A stretch of 64,000 nt of DNA from an uncultured Acidobacteriota bacterium (GTDB taxonomy: Bacteria > Acidobacteriota > Vicinamibacteria > Marinacidobacterales > DATDRI01), in the NCBI GenBank assembly GCA_963722765.1, contig CAVROO010000016.1:123075-187074 (forward strand), written 5' to 3'. The position numbers and the translations under genes were made by a program. Below, one piece after another: positions 34,476-42,946 of the stretch. Position 1 is the stretch's first letter. Each line of letters opens with the position of its first letter. A model generated the notes under the pieces. It did not search any database, was not told where the DNA came from, and saw only the letters and a list, made by a program, of their open reading frames with translations.

Positions 34476-35291
34476 ATGAGCAAGCGACGCATTTTCTTGT
34501 TGACGTTGATTTTGTCGATCGCATTTTGGGCCGGCGGTGCCTCTGCATGGGATGACTCTGGAGTCCGGGAGGTCATCGAGAAGGCTATCGAATCCTTACC
34601 CAAGCCAATCAAGAAGTTTTACGAGCAGCGGGAGGAAATCATTCTTGCTCACGTCATCGATCCCATTCGGACCGGGCAGAGACTCACCTTCGAGATCGAT
34701 CGCTTCGAACCCTTTCCCTTCGAAGGCATTCCGGAGGATCGGCAGGCCGCCATTTCCAAGTTCGGTGAGGAAACGATGGAGCAAGCGGGCGATCTGCCTT
34801 GGAGGCTCCAAGACACTTATGGGAAGCTCATCGAAGCCTACCGGGTGATGGACATCGAAGCCATCGAGACCCTTTCCGCCGAAATTGCTTTTTGTGTGGG
34901 CGAGCTTCACAACCCCGTCAATGTATCGAAGTACGGGGATGGAGAACCCATCGATCAGGACGGCCTGAGAGAGCGGTTCGATGAGCGTCTGTTGGAGGTC
35001 TACGGTGAGAAAGTGAAGTTCGATACGCCCGCGGCCGTCTACTTGGATCGGCCGGGTGAGTATGCTTTCAACATCGCTCGGCGTGCCTATATTTGGGTCG
35101 ACAATATCCTGCTACATGATTACATCGCACGACAGGGTGTGATGAGCTATGACCGTTTCTATTACGAAGGGCTTTGGCTTCGCTCATCTATCATCATCAA
35201 TCAAATGCTTCAAAACGTTTCCCGTGACGCCGCCAGCTACTGGTACACGGCTTGGATCGAGGCGGGGAAACCGGAACTACCAAAAAAGTAG
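34476..35291 (+). CDS. Exported S1/P1 nuclease / Zn-phospholipase C-fold protein with degenerate metal ligands
   Basis: Signal peptide ending ASA-W; GDLPW, GELHNP.N, DQDGL, ASYWYTAWIEAGKPELP, typical of this family's scaffold. Confidence 0.7.
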   Translation: MSKRRIFLLTLILSIAFWAGGASAWDDSGVREVIEKAIESLPKPIKKFYEQREEIILAHVIDPIRTGQRLTFEIDRFEPFPFEGIPEDRQAAISKFGEETMEQAGDLPWRLQDTYGKLIEAYRVMDIEAIETLSAEIAFCVGELHNPVNVSKYGDGEPIDQDGLRERFDERLLEVYGEKVKFDTPAAVYLDRPGEYAFNIARRAYIWVDNILLHDYIARQGVMSYDRFYYEGLWLRSSIIINQMLQNVSRDAASYWYTAWIEAGKPELPKK

Positions 35292-35310
35292 GCCAGGCTG
35301 CGCCTGGCGG

Positions 35311-35383
35311 GAGAGAACTCGAGGACTCGAGGACTCAGAATGGAGCCGGAGGACGGCTTGCGCCGTCGGCATCAGGATTCAGT
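35311..35383 (-). repeat. Composite dispersed element
   Basis: Close reverse complement of 1777-1854. Confidence 0.8.
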
Positions 35384-35449
35384 TCTGAAAAGAGCGGACG
35401 GTGAAGGTGTCGATGCCGTAGTAGACCGCGGCGACGTAGCAGGCAAGCA

Positions 35450-35680
35450 GGAGCTAAAAGGCGACGAGAAGCACGGTTCGGGGTCGCAACCTATCCGGTA
35501 TTTTTCTTCCGAACCAATACATTTCGTGACACTCGAGAGCAAACGGCAGAAAGCCGAGGAACCCGGCGACAGGCATCTCGAAGAGGTGAAGCCAGTCGAA
35601 GAAAGCAACGGTATAGACCCACTTGCTCCTCTGTCAGCATTCATCACAATCCACCTATCGCGCCGAGGCCTGCGGCCATG
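35450..35680 (-). pseudogene. Remnant of a membrane-protein gene
   Basis: Minus strand reads KWVYTVAFFDWLHLFEMPVAGFLGFLPFALECHEMYWF, a protein-like C-terminal motif, but is interrupted by stops upstream. Confidence 0.45.
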
Positions 35681-35840
35681 CTAAAATACAGCTGTCGAGT
35701 GTTTTAGCTTCCCTTGGGGTCAAGCGGGAGCAGAGTCCCGGCCCGTGTTCGGGAAATGCGCCGACTCACCCAAAGGATCGTCGTTGGTATCGAGTCAAGA
35801 CCAAATTGTTGTGTCGGCAAAGAAGAACCGACTGGTCGGG

Positions 35841-36479
35841 ATGGATCTTTCTCCGCTGGAGGATCGCGAGCTCATCGAGCGATGTCTCGAAAGCGAAGTC
35901 AAGCCGGAGCGTGACGTCGCTTGGGAAGAGATCGTTCGTCGTTACCGTCGCCGCGTCTTCGGAGTTGCCTATAAGTTTACGGGCAGGTACGAGGAGGCGG
36001 AGGATTTGGCCCAGGAGATTTTCCTCCGGGTCTTCCGGTCGCTCAGCAAGTTCGATCGCGGGGCCGATCTGGGAACTTGGCTATATTCGGTGAGTCGAAA
36101 TCATTGTATCGATCGATATCGAAGTGGGCGAAGGGAAAGAGAAGCTCTTGTCGATCGGGAAATCTGCTTGGAAGAGGTAAGCTCGCCTCGGTTCGACCCC
36201 CATCGTGAACTCGAGGCCCGTGATAACAAGCTGTTGCTATCTCGAGCGCTTCAGCAACTACCCGTCAAGCTTCGCGAGGCGGTCGTGCTTCGAGACATAC
36301 ATGGTCTTTCGTATCAGGAAATCGTGAGTCGGTTGGACCTTCCGGAGGGTACAGTGAAGAGTCGGATCAATCGCGGCCGATTGGAATTGGGTCGTGTGTT
36401 GATTGCCATGTCTTCCGAGCAAACTCCGTGTGAGTCGCCACCGGGTCAACGGACAAGCACTCATGAATCTTCAAATTGA
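35841..36479 (+). CDS. ECF-family RNA polymerase sigma factor
   Basis: AWEEIVRRY, EAEDLAQEIFLRVF, TWLYSVSRNHCID, LSYQEI...LPEGTVKSRINRGR. Confidence 0.92.
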   Translation: MDLSPLEDRELIERCLESEVKPERDVAWEEIVRRYRRRVFGVAYKFTGRYEEAEDLAQEIFLRVFRSLSKFDRGADLGTWLYSVSRNHCIDRYRSGRREREALVDREICLEEVSSPRFDPHRELEARDNKLLLSRALQQLPVKLREAVVLRDIHGLSYQEIVSRLDLPEGTVKSRINRGRLELGRVLIAMSSEQTPCESPPGQRTSTHESSN

Positions 36480-36798
36480 ATCGTTTGGTGAAATCAAAGT
36501 CGTTCGGGTCAAGGAAGAGAAGCTGGTCTTTCCGCTTCTAAGCAATTTTTTCGCCAAGGTCTCCGAGCTCATCGAAGCGGGGGCTGAGAAGCTGGTCATA
36601 GACCTCTCCGACGTGAGCTACATCGATAGCGCGTCCATCGGTTGCCTCATGGATATCTATCGGATGATGACCGAGCGCTCCGGAGCGGTGAGATTGCTCG
36701 GACTCCAGGAACGAGTGGAGACCATGGTCAGCTTGACGGGACTTCACAATCTGGTCGAGATATTTAGAGAAGAGAAGAGCGCACTCGAGAGCTTTTGA
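36463..36798 (+). CDS. STAS-domain anti-sigma-factor antagonist
   Basis: KLVIDLSDVSYIDSASIGCL, 111 aa; overlaps the ECF stop. Confidence 0.88.
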   Translation: MNLQIESFGEIKVVRVKEEKLVFPLLSNFFAKVSELIEAGAEKLVIDLSDVSYIDSASIGCLMDIYRMMTERSGAVRLLGLQERVETMVSLTGLHNLVEIFREEKSALESF

Positions 36799-36833
36799 CG
36801 AGCTCTCACTATTCGTCAATTCAGGACAGGCAG

Positions 36834-37151
36834 ATGAAGAAGGTCAAGATGCTCTCCGGCCACGAGATCCCTCTGGATGGGGATCTTCTCTACATTCTCG
36901 AGTCGCTCTACCGAGAGGTGACACTGAGGCGTGAGCTCAAGGTGACCTTCGAGGATATGATGCGAGAAATTACCCACCTCGTAGAAGAGATGGACGATGA
37001 CTCGAGAAAACGATACCTCATAGAAAGTCTGTTCTTGAACACAGTGACCTACGAAAACGAAAGACTCGGAGCCTACATGAACAAACTCACTGGGAAAGCA
37101 AAGGGTTCCGAAGACGGAACAAGAGGTTCCGGAGACGAAACCGAACGTTGA
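36834..37151 (+). CDS. Hypothetical alpha-helical protein
   Basis: Clean ORF with CAGG/AGGA upstream, co-oriented after STAS; no recognised domain. Confidence 0.65.
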   Translation: MKKVKMLSGHEIPLDGDLLYILESLYREVTLRRELKVTFEDMMREITHLVEEMDDDSRKRYLIESLFLNTVTYENERLGAYMNKLTGKAKGSEDGTRGSGDETER

Positions 37152-37201
37152 GAGACACTTCGGGAAATCCGAAGCATTACGGGGAGCCAAGGGAAGGACC
37201 T

Positions 37202-37624
37202 ATGAAAACGTTGATTGGAACATTGCTGGTGCTGGCTCTGGGTTTTTCTATAGCTGTGGAAGGGCAATCCACCAAGAAGACTCGTGATCAATCCGCAACC
37301 GGACCTCGCATCGAGATCACTCCGGAGGACCATGATTTCGGTCGGGTCGAGCAGAACCTGAAGCTGGAGAAGGAATTCGAGATCGAAAACGTTGGAACCG
37401 AGGATTTGATCATCAAGAGGGTCTCTACGACGTGCGGTTGCACAGCGGCTTTGACCTCTGACCGGATCGTAAAACCGGGACAAACCACGATTCTCAAAGT
37501 GACCTTCGAGACCCGCCGGTACAAGGGGCCGGTGCAGCGGAAAGTCTCCGTGGCCACGAACGATCCGCGGCGCATCAAAACGGTCACCGTCAAGGCTATC
37601 GTCGAAGAGACGGACAAGAACTAA
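37202..37624 (+). CDS. Exported DUF1573 (Ig-like) protein
   Basis: Signal peptide; HDFGRV, FEIENVGTEDLII..V.TTCGCT, VKPGQTT. Confidence 0.85.
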   Translation: MKTLIGTLLVLALGFSIAVEGQSTKKTRDQSATGPRIEITPEDHDFGRVEQNLKLEKEFEIENVGTEDLIIKRVSTTCGCTAALTSDRIVKPGQTTILKVTFETRRYKGPVQRKVSVATNDPRRIKTVTVKAIVEETDKN

Positions 37625-37768
37625 CCCTAATCCGACAATAAACTCAGGGTAAATTGCAGGAAAAACGGGGACAGGTCCCTTTTTGGCAAAGACAACGGTC
37701 CACCAAAAACGGACCTGTCCCTATTTTTCCAGTAATTTGCGTAGATTTCGTGAACTCGGATTAGGGTT
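37623..37768. mobile_element. 146-bp palindromic MITE/REP-like element
   Basis: 13-bp perfect TIR AACCCTAATCCGA/TCGGATTAGGGTT; internal imperfect inverted repeat of about 38 bp with GGGACAGGTCC/GGACCTGTCCC core. Confidence 0.78.
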
Positions 37769-37769
37769 C

Positions 37770-37933
37770 GCCCTGAAGCGAACACGAGCCAACAAAGCCA
37801 TTGCGTAAAGACACATTAGAACGGCTTCATAGTTGAGTGAATCACAAACCCCTTTCCCAAGAATAGCGGCCACTATCATGGCTTTTGTTGCGTCTGCCAA
37901 AGCTGATTCGCTTATTTATTGTCGCTTCAGGGC
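37770..37933. mobile_element. 164-bp MITE
   Basis: 12-bp TIR GCCCTGAAGCGA/TCGCTTCAGGGC; second, partial copy at 12962-13107. Confidence 0.8.
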
Positions 37934-38028
37934 TAAATCGATTCTTGGACGTGGCGCGAAGCGCCGAGCTCCACGACTCGGGTTCTTGAGTCCTTGGGTG
38001 CTTGAGTTCTCGAGTTCTTTAGAGCTTA

Positions 38029-38944
38029 TTAGTCCCCGGCGGGTGCATTGGCAAGGACCGGTACTTCTGCTGCGACCGGCGTTCCTACCGATTCGGGGAG
38101 CGTGACCAGCTCCCAACAATCCTCGTTCGAGAGAATTTCTTGCGCCAACTCGGTATGGAGTCCGTGTCCTGCCCGAACCGCTACAACGTGGGCCATCAGG
38201 GGCATGTTCAAAAGGGAAAGGTCTCCTAGAATGTCAAGGATCTTGTGACGCACGAACTCATCCGGAAACCGAAGCTGATTGTTGAGGACTCCTGTTTCGG
38301 ATAGAACGAGAGCGTTATCGAGAGACCCTCCCAACGCGAGCCCGTTTTGCCTGAGGATCTCCACGTCCTTTTGGAATCCGAACGTTCGGGCAGGGGCGAT
38401 ATCGTCGAACAAAGGACGACTCCGTTATCTCCAAAGAGTGCTCTTGGTGGCGAAGCATCGGGTGGTTGAAGTTGATGGTATAGGTGATTTTTAGAGTGTC
38501 CGAGGGGTAAGCTGCGACGAGCCGCCCTTCATGTTCCACCGACAACGGTCGGGTGATACGGAGGAACGAGCGCGTGGCGGTTTGCTCCCGGATACCGGCT
38601 TCGTGGATGAGGTAAATGAAAGGAGCCGCGCTGCCATCCATGATGGGCACTTCCGCGGCGTCGAGCTCCACGATGGCATTATCGACACCGAGCGTCCTGA
38701 GGGCCGCGAGAAGGTGCTCCACCGTCTCGATCCGCGTATCGCCGTCGGTTAGACAAGTGGCGTGATTGATACTCCCCAGGTGCTCGACTCGAGCCGGTAT
38801 TTCTTTGCCCTTCAAATCGACACGCCGGAATACAATTCCGGTGTCCGTCGAGGCGGGTTTCAATGTTAAATGGACTTTACGTCCCGAGTGTAGGCCTATC
38901 CCTACACAGCTTGTGTTCTTTTTCAGTGTTTTCTGAAAGCGCAT
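38029..38944 (-). CDS. lpxC: UDP-3-O-acyl-N-acetylglucosamine deacetylase (indel near 38410)
   Basis: GIGLHSG, TVEHLLAAL, EVPIMDGSA, IAPARTFGF, GGSLDNA, RFPDEFVRHKILDILGDL, GH.LH. Confidence 0.95.
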
Positions 38945-38984
38945 ACAACCTCTCGGACTATAAGACAACACAGGGCCAATTCCT

Positions 38985-39000
38985 AGCAATTTATGTGCCA
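38985..39000 (-). promoter_or_regulatory. Sigma54 (-24/-12) promoter of lpxC
   Basis: TGGCAC-ATAAA-TTGCT on the minus strand, 40 nt upstream of the ATG; IHF-like site at 39026-39038. Confidence 0.72.
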
Positions 39001-39232
39001 GGACTTGCGTGTTCAAGCCTGTCGGTAAAGTATTGAAACATAGTGAATTAACAATCACTAGTTGAGTGGCTCGGCCCATGTGTGTCGTCGTTGCCACAGT
39101 GTCGAGGCTCTAGTGTGTCTTTTCTGCACCTTTCTCTTTGTTCGGAGTCTCGTATTCTGCTAAGATTTCGACGTTCCCTGAGAAAAAAGGCCGGTAACAA
39201 CCGAGTTCGATCTGATCCGGAGAAAGGAGCTC

Positions 39233-39292
39233 ATGGATTTCGCAGGTTACTTGCAAAAGGGATTTCTCATCCTGCAGGTATTCGGCGGCTGA
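39233..39292 (+). CDS. Candidate 19-aa small protein MDFAGYLQKGFLILQVFGG
   Basis: ATG preceded by GGAGAAAGGAG in an otherwise empty intergenic region of about 580 bp. Confidence 0.35.
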   Translation: MDFAGYLQKGFLILQVFGG

Positions 39293-39527
39293 CAGACCAG
39301 AGATACCGGAAGTCAGATACCGGAATATCGCTAGGGAAGAAACCTGTCTTTGTGCTTCAGTTTTTCCGGCAGTTCAAATCCCATTTGGCCAGAGCTTGCT
39401 GTTCGGCGCGAACCCCTATTTTGAGCAATTGCTCGATGGATTGGACCTTTATGATTCCCGGTCGGCATATTATAAAAGAAAACGGAATTGAAATTGAACG
39501 TGTGAAGAGACGATCCTGGAGATTACA

Positions 39528-40742
39528 TTGAAGCTCGTCCTCGTAGCCGCGGTTGTTGTCGTCATCGTCTCGGGAGCTTTCGTCCTCGAGTTCGACTCCC
39601 CCGAGTTGGGTCGAACTGCGCTCGCGGCGTTCGGAGAGACGTCCGGCCTCAACCTGAGAGCTTCAGAGTATCGTTGGAGTTTCCGTCGAGGCTTGGTGCT
39701 GGAAGGGGTTGAAGCCTCGTCCGTGGTTCTGGGAGGTCGTCTCACCCTGCGCATACAGGAGCTCGTTTTCGAGCATCGTCTCCTTCCCCTCATGACGGGG
39801 GCCATCGTGGTTGAGCGAGTGCGGCTCACTCGTCCTAGGGTGAAGCTCGCGAGTCTACGGCCCGAGGGGAATACTCCACCGCGCCCGGCGCCGGCCAATA
39901 GATCATCGCCAAAGGAGAAGGGACCGGAGGTACAGGAGCGGCCGGAACGTCCCGGTACCGAGTTTTATCTCGAGGTGGACGAAGTCGCGATTGAGGAGGG
40001 AGCTCTCCTTTGGCAAAGGGGGGGTGGCCGAGCCGACCTCACCTTGGATGGCCTTCACTTGGTCTTGAGTGGCCTCGGCTACGACTCCCGCGCCTTGACA
40101 CCGGTCCACGGACTCACCGCCGCGGGAGAGATTCGAGCCTCGAGCATTCGGTGGGAACCGATATCAGCCCGGGAGCTCGAGGGACGGCTCGAGCTCGCAA
40201 AGGGAAAAATCGAAATGCGCTCCGGTGCCCTCGAGACCGAAAATGGCGTCTTCAACGCCGAGCTCGGTCTAAATCTAAACCAGCTTCCCCCTGGTTATGA
40301 GGTGCGTCTCTCAGGGCTCTGGAACCTCCAGTCTGTAATGGGCTCCACCGACGGCATCGGTTCCACCGGACTGGAGATGGAAGTGACCGGTTTCGGGGGA
40401 GGGCTCGAGCATTTGAAGGGTGCCGGGACGGCTACGCTGAAAGACGGAAAGCTCCCCGCTTGGCCACTGTGTAGCGCGATCGACGAGAAGCTCGACGAAC
40501 CGGCGTTCGTCGGCGCCTCTTACGAACAAGTCACGGCCCCCTTTCGCATCGAAACGGGAGAGGTGGTTTTTCCCGACATCGAGTTGCAAACGGAAAACGC
40601 GAATGTGCGCTTTGGAGGGAGGGTCTCCTTTGATGGTTCCGTGGATTTGAAGGTAGTGGTCTTGAAACCGGCGGGTGAAGTTGTTTCGTTTTTGGTGACG
40701 GGGACGTTGGAGGAACCGGTTGTAGTTAGTGCGGATCGGTAA
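39528..40742 (+). CDS. AsmA-like family protein
   Basis: N-terminal TM; LLPLMTGAIVVERVRLTRPRVKL; beta-rich body; C-terminal GRVSFDGSVDL...FLVTGTLEEPVV. Confidence 0.7.
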   Translation: MKLVLVAAVVVVIVSGAFVLEFDSPELGRTALAAFGETSGLNLRASEYRWSFRRGLVLEGVEASSVVLGGRLTLRIQELVFEHRLLPLMTGAIVVERVRLTRPRVKLASLRPEGNTPPRPAPANRSSPKEKGPEVQERPERPGTEFYLEVDEVAIEEGALLWQRGGGRADLTLDGLHLVLSGLGYDSRALTPVHGLTAAGEIRASSIRWEPISARELEGRLELAKGKIEMRSGALETENGVFNAELGLNLNQLPPGYEVRLSGLWNLQSVMGSTDGIGSTGLEMEVTGFGGGLEHLKGAGTATLKDGKLPAWPLCSAIDEKLDEPAFVGASYEQVTAPFRIETGEVVFPDIELQTENANVRFGGRVSFDGSVDLKVVVLKPAGEVVSFLVTGTLEEPVVVSADR

Positions 40743-40748
40743 CGGTGA

Positions 40749-40840
40749 ACCGCCTTCGCACCAGGCTTCCACCTTCGCCGAAGCTACGGCGGACGAGACT
40801 GCGGACAAGCGGGGAAGGGGCTAGGGCTCGGGCAGGGATT
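40749..40840. repeat. REP-like cluster (CCTTCGCCGAAGCTACGGCGGAC family)
   Basis: Same motif as 19611 and 23445, followed by GGGCTCGGGCAGGG, which also occurs near 19595. Confidence 0.65.
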
Positions 40841-41712
40841 TAATCTAACTTACGTGAGCGAAACATAGCCATAGAAATCTGTTCGGATAGTAATCCAAAC
40901 AGAAACAGTATCGCTGAAGCGGTGAGGAGAAGAACCGATGTGTTCGTTACGTGAACTTCGGTCACAATCGTGTAGAGCAGGTATCCGAATCCAAGGACAA
41001 AAAATAGAGCCGATGCAGGAAAGAAAATTCGCAGGGGGCTGAAGAGGAGAATCATTCGAAAGATAATCATCAGGAAGCGGACGCCTTCCCGCCACGGATG
41101 CATCTTGCTCTTTGTGTGGTCCGCTCGTTTCTTCCCGTCGATCGGAATGAAAGCGACGTTATAGCCGGCCTTCAGAAAAGCCAGAGTACTCGTTGTGGGG
41201 TAACTGAATCCGTTGGGAAACAAGTGCACGAACTCGAGCATGATGTTTCGACGGGCGGCGCGAAACCCGGAGGTGAGATCGGAAATGGAAAAGCCCGAGA
41301 GGAACGATGCAAACCGAGCCAGCACGGCGTTACCCAAACCTCTCGAAAAAGTGGCTTGAGCGCGCCATGAACGTGCGCCCACCACCAGGTCGTATTCTTT
41401 TAACTTCTCGACGAGCCGAAAGATGTCATCCGCTCCGTGTTGCCCGTCCGCATCCATGAGCAGTACAAACTCTCCCCGGGCCTCTCTAATCGCGGTTTTG
41501 ACGGCGGCGCCGTTTCCTTTGTTGTAAGGGTGTCTGACGACCCTTGCCCCGGCGCCACGAGCCGCGTCTTCCGTCCCGTCCGTCGAGCCGTCGTCCACCA
41601 CGACCACTTCCATCCAGCTACCCGCACTGCGTACGGCTTCCACCACGGTTCCGATGGAAGCAGCCTCGTTGAAGGCAGGTATCAGTACGCTGACCTTTTC
41701 CGTCTCAACCAT
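40840..41712 (-). CDS. GT2 glycosyltransferase (DPM1-like, with C-terminal TM pair)
   Basis: IPAFNE, VVDDGSTD, MDADGQH, DLTSGFRA, two C-terminal hydrophobic helices. Confidence 0.9.
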   Translation of the reverse strand: MVETEKVSVLIPAFNEAASIGTVVEAVRSAGSWMEVVVVDDGSTDGTEDAARGAGARVVRHPYNKGNGAAVKTAIREARGEFVLLMDADGQHGADDIFRLVEKLKEYDLVVGARSWRAQATFSRGLGNAVLARFASFLSGFSISDLTSGFRAARRNIMLEFVHLFPNGFSYPTTSTLAFLKAGYNVAFIPIDGKKRADHTKSKMHPWREGVRFLMIIFRMILLFSPLRIFFPASALFFVLGFGYLLYTIVTEVHVTNTSVLLLTASAILFLFGLLSEQISMAMFRSRKLD

Positions 41713-41787
41713 TTGGTCTCTGCGATCTCATCAATGAATCCGGATGACAACGGCGACCTGTTCTCACGTTGGAGGGACGCCGTTCTC

Positions 41788-42801
41788 CTATTCCATTCTA
41801 ACTTCCGACTTCTGGCTCCTGGCTTCTGTTTTCCGGCCCTCACGTTGGGGCTCGGAGCGAAAGGCGATCTCGTCCTCGAGTCGCTTCTGGCGGTAGAGGA
41901 CTTCCTCGAGGAGGCGTCGCACGGAGGCCATGATATCCGCCACGAATCCGATCAGGATGACCATGAATCCCACGGTGAGGAATATGCTCGCGGCGATCAC
42001 GGATTGGACATGCCCCCGCCCTTCGCCGATCTGATCGAAGTAGATGTATCGGCCGGAAAGGAAGAGTCCTGCTACGAGAAACACAGCGCCGATGTAACTG
42101 AAAATCTTCAGCGGCTCGTACATCGTGTAGATTCGCACGATGGTGGCGGCGGATCGTTTGACGTAGTTCCAAGTGCTCGAAATGAGACGACTGGGGCGGG
42201 TCACCCTGGCTTTTATAGGGATGTGCTCCACGGCCATCCGCTTCTTGCCCGCCTGAATGATGGTCTCCAATGTGTAGGTGTATTCCGAGATGACGTTGAG
42301 TCTCTGCGCGGCGTCGCGAGTCAAAGCACGAAAGCCGCTGGTCGTGTCCGGTACTGCGGTGCCCGACACTTGTCGAACGACCCAACTGCCTAGAGCTTGA
42401 AGCTTCTTTTTTGTGAAGGAGAAGTGCTCGACATTTTGGACTTCGCGGTTGCCGATCACCATGTCCGCCCTTTTCTCGAGTATGGGCGCGATGAGCTTCG
42501 GGATCTGGGAGCCGGGATACTGATTGTCACCGTCGGTATTCACGATGATATCGGCTCCCAAAGACAAAGCCGCGTCGATCCCGGACCTGAAAGCGAAGGC
42601 CAAACCGCGGGTCCGTGCAAAGCGAAGCACGTGTTCCGCCCCGTGCTCGGCCGCCACGTCGGACGTTCCATCGGAGGAGCCGTCGTCGATGATGAGGACC
42701 TCTACCTCGTCGATCCCGGGGATGTGCCGAGGTATCTCCGACAGGGTGACGGGAAGGGTCTCCGCTTCGTTGAGGCAGGGAATCTGAACGACGAGTTTCA
42801 C
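41788..42801 (-). CDS. GT2 glycosyltransferase (DPM1-like, with C-terminal TM pair)
   Basis: IPCLNE, IDDGSSD, TDGDNQY, DTTSGFRA, two TM helices. Confidence 0.9.
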   Translation of the reverse strand: MKLVVQIPCLNEAETLPVTLSEIPRHIPGIDEVEVLIIDDGSSDGTSDVAAEHGAEHVLRFARTRGLAFAFRSGIDAALSLGADIIVNTDGDNQYPGSQIPKLIAPILEKRADMVIGNREVQNVEHFSFTKKKLQALGSWVVRQVSGTAVPDTTSGFRALTRDAAQRLNVISEYTYTLETIIQAGKKRMAVEHIPIKARVTRPSRLISSTWNYVKRSAATIVRIYTMYEPLKIFSYIGAVFLVAGLFLSGRYIYFDQIGEGRGHVQSVIAASIFLTVGFMVILIGFVADIMASVRRLLEEVLYRQKRLEDEIAFRSEPQREGRKTEARSQKSEVRME

Positions 42802-42856
42802 GATCTTATCTTCTTAACACAAAGGATTGGTCCAAGCCAACGCCCGTTCTTTCTTT

Positions 42857-42943
42857 ACTAAATCCTGATGCCGACGGCGAGTCATCGAGCCGTGTTCCTG
42901 TTCCATTCTGAGTTCTTGAGTTCTCGAGTCCTCGAGTTCTCGA
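42857..42943 (+). repeat. Composite dispersed element
   Basis: ACTAAATCCTGATGCCGACGGCGAGTCATCGAGCCGT...TTCCATTCTGAGT plus 8-bp tandem tail. Confidence 0.8.
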
Positions 42944-42946
42944 TGT

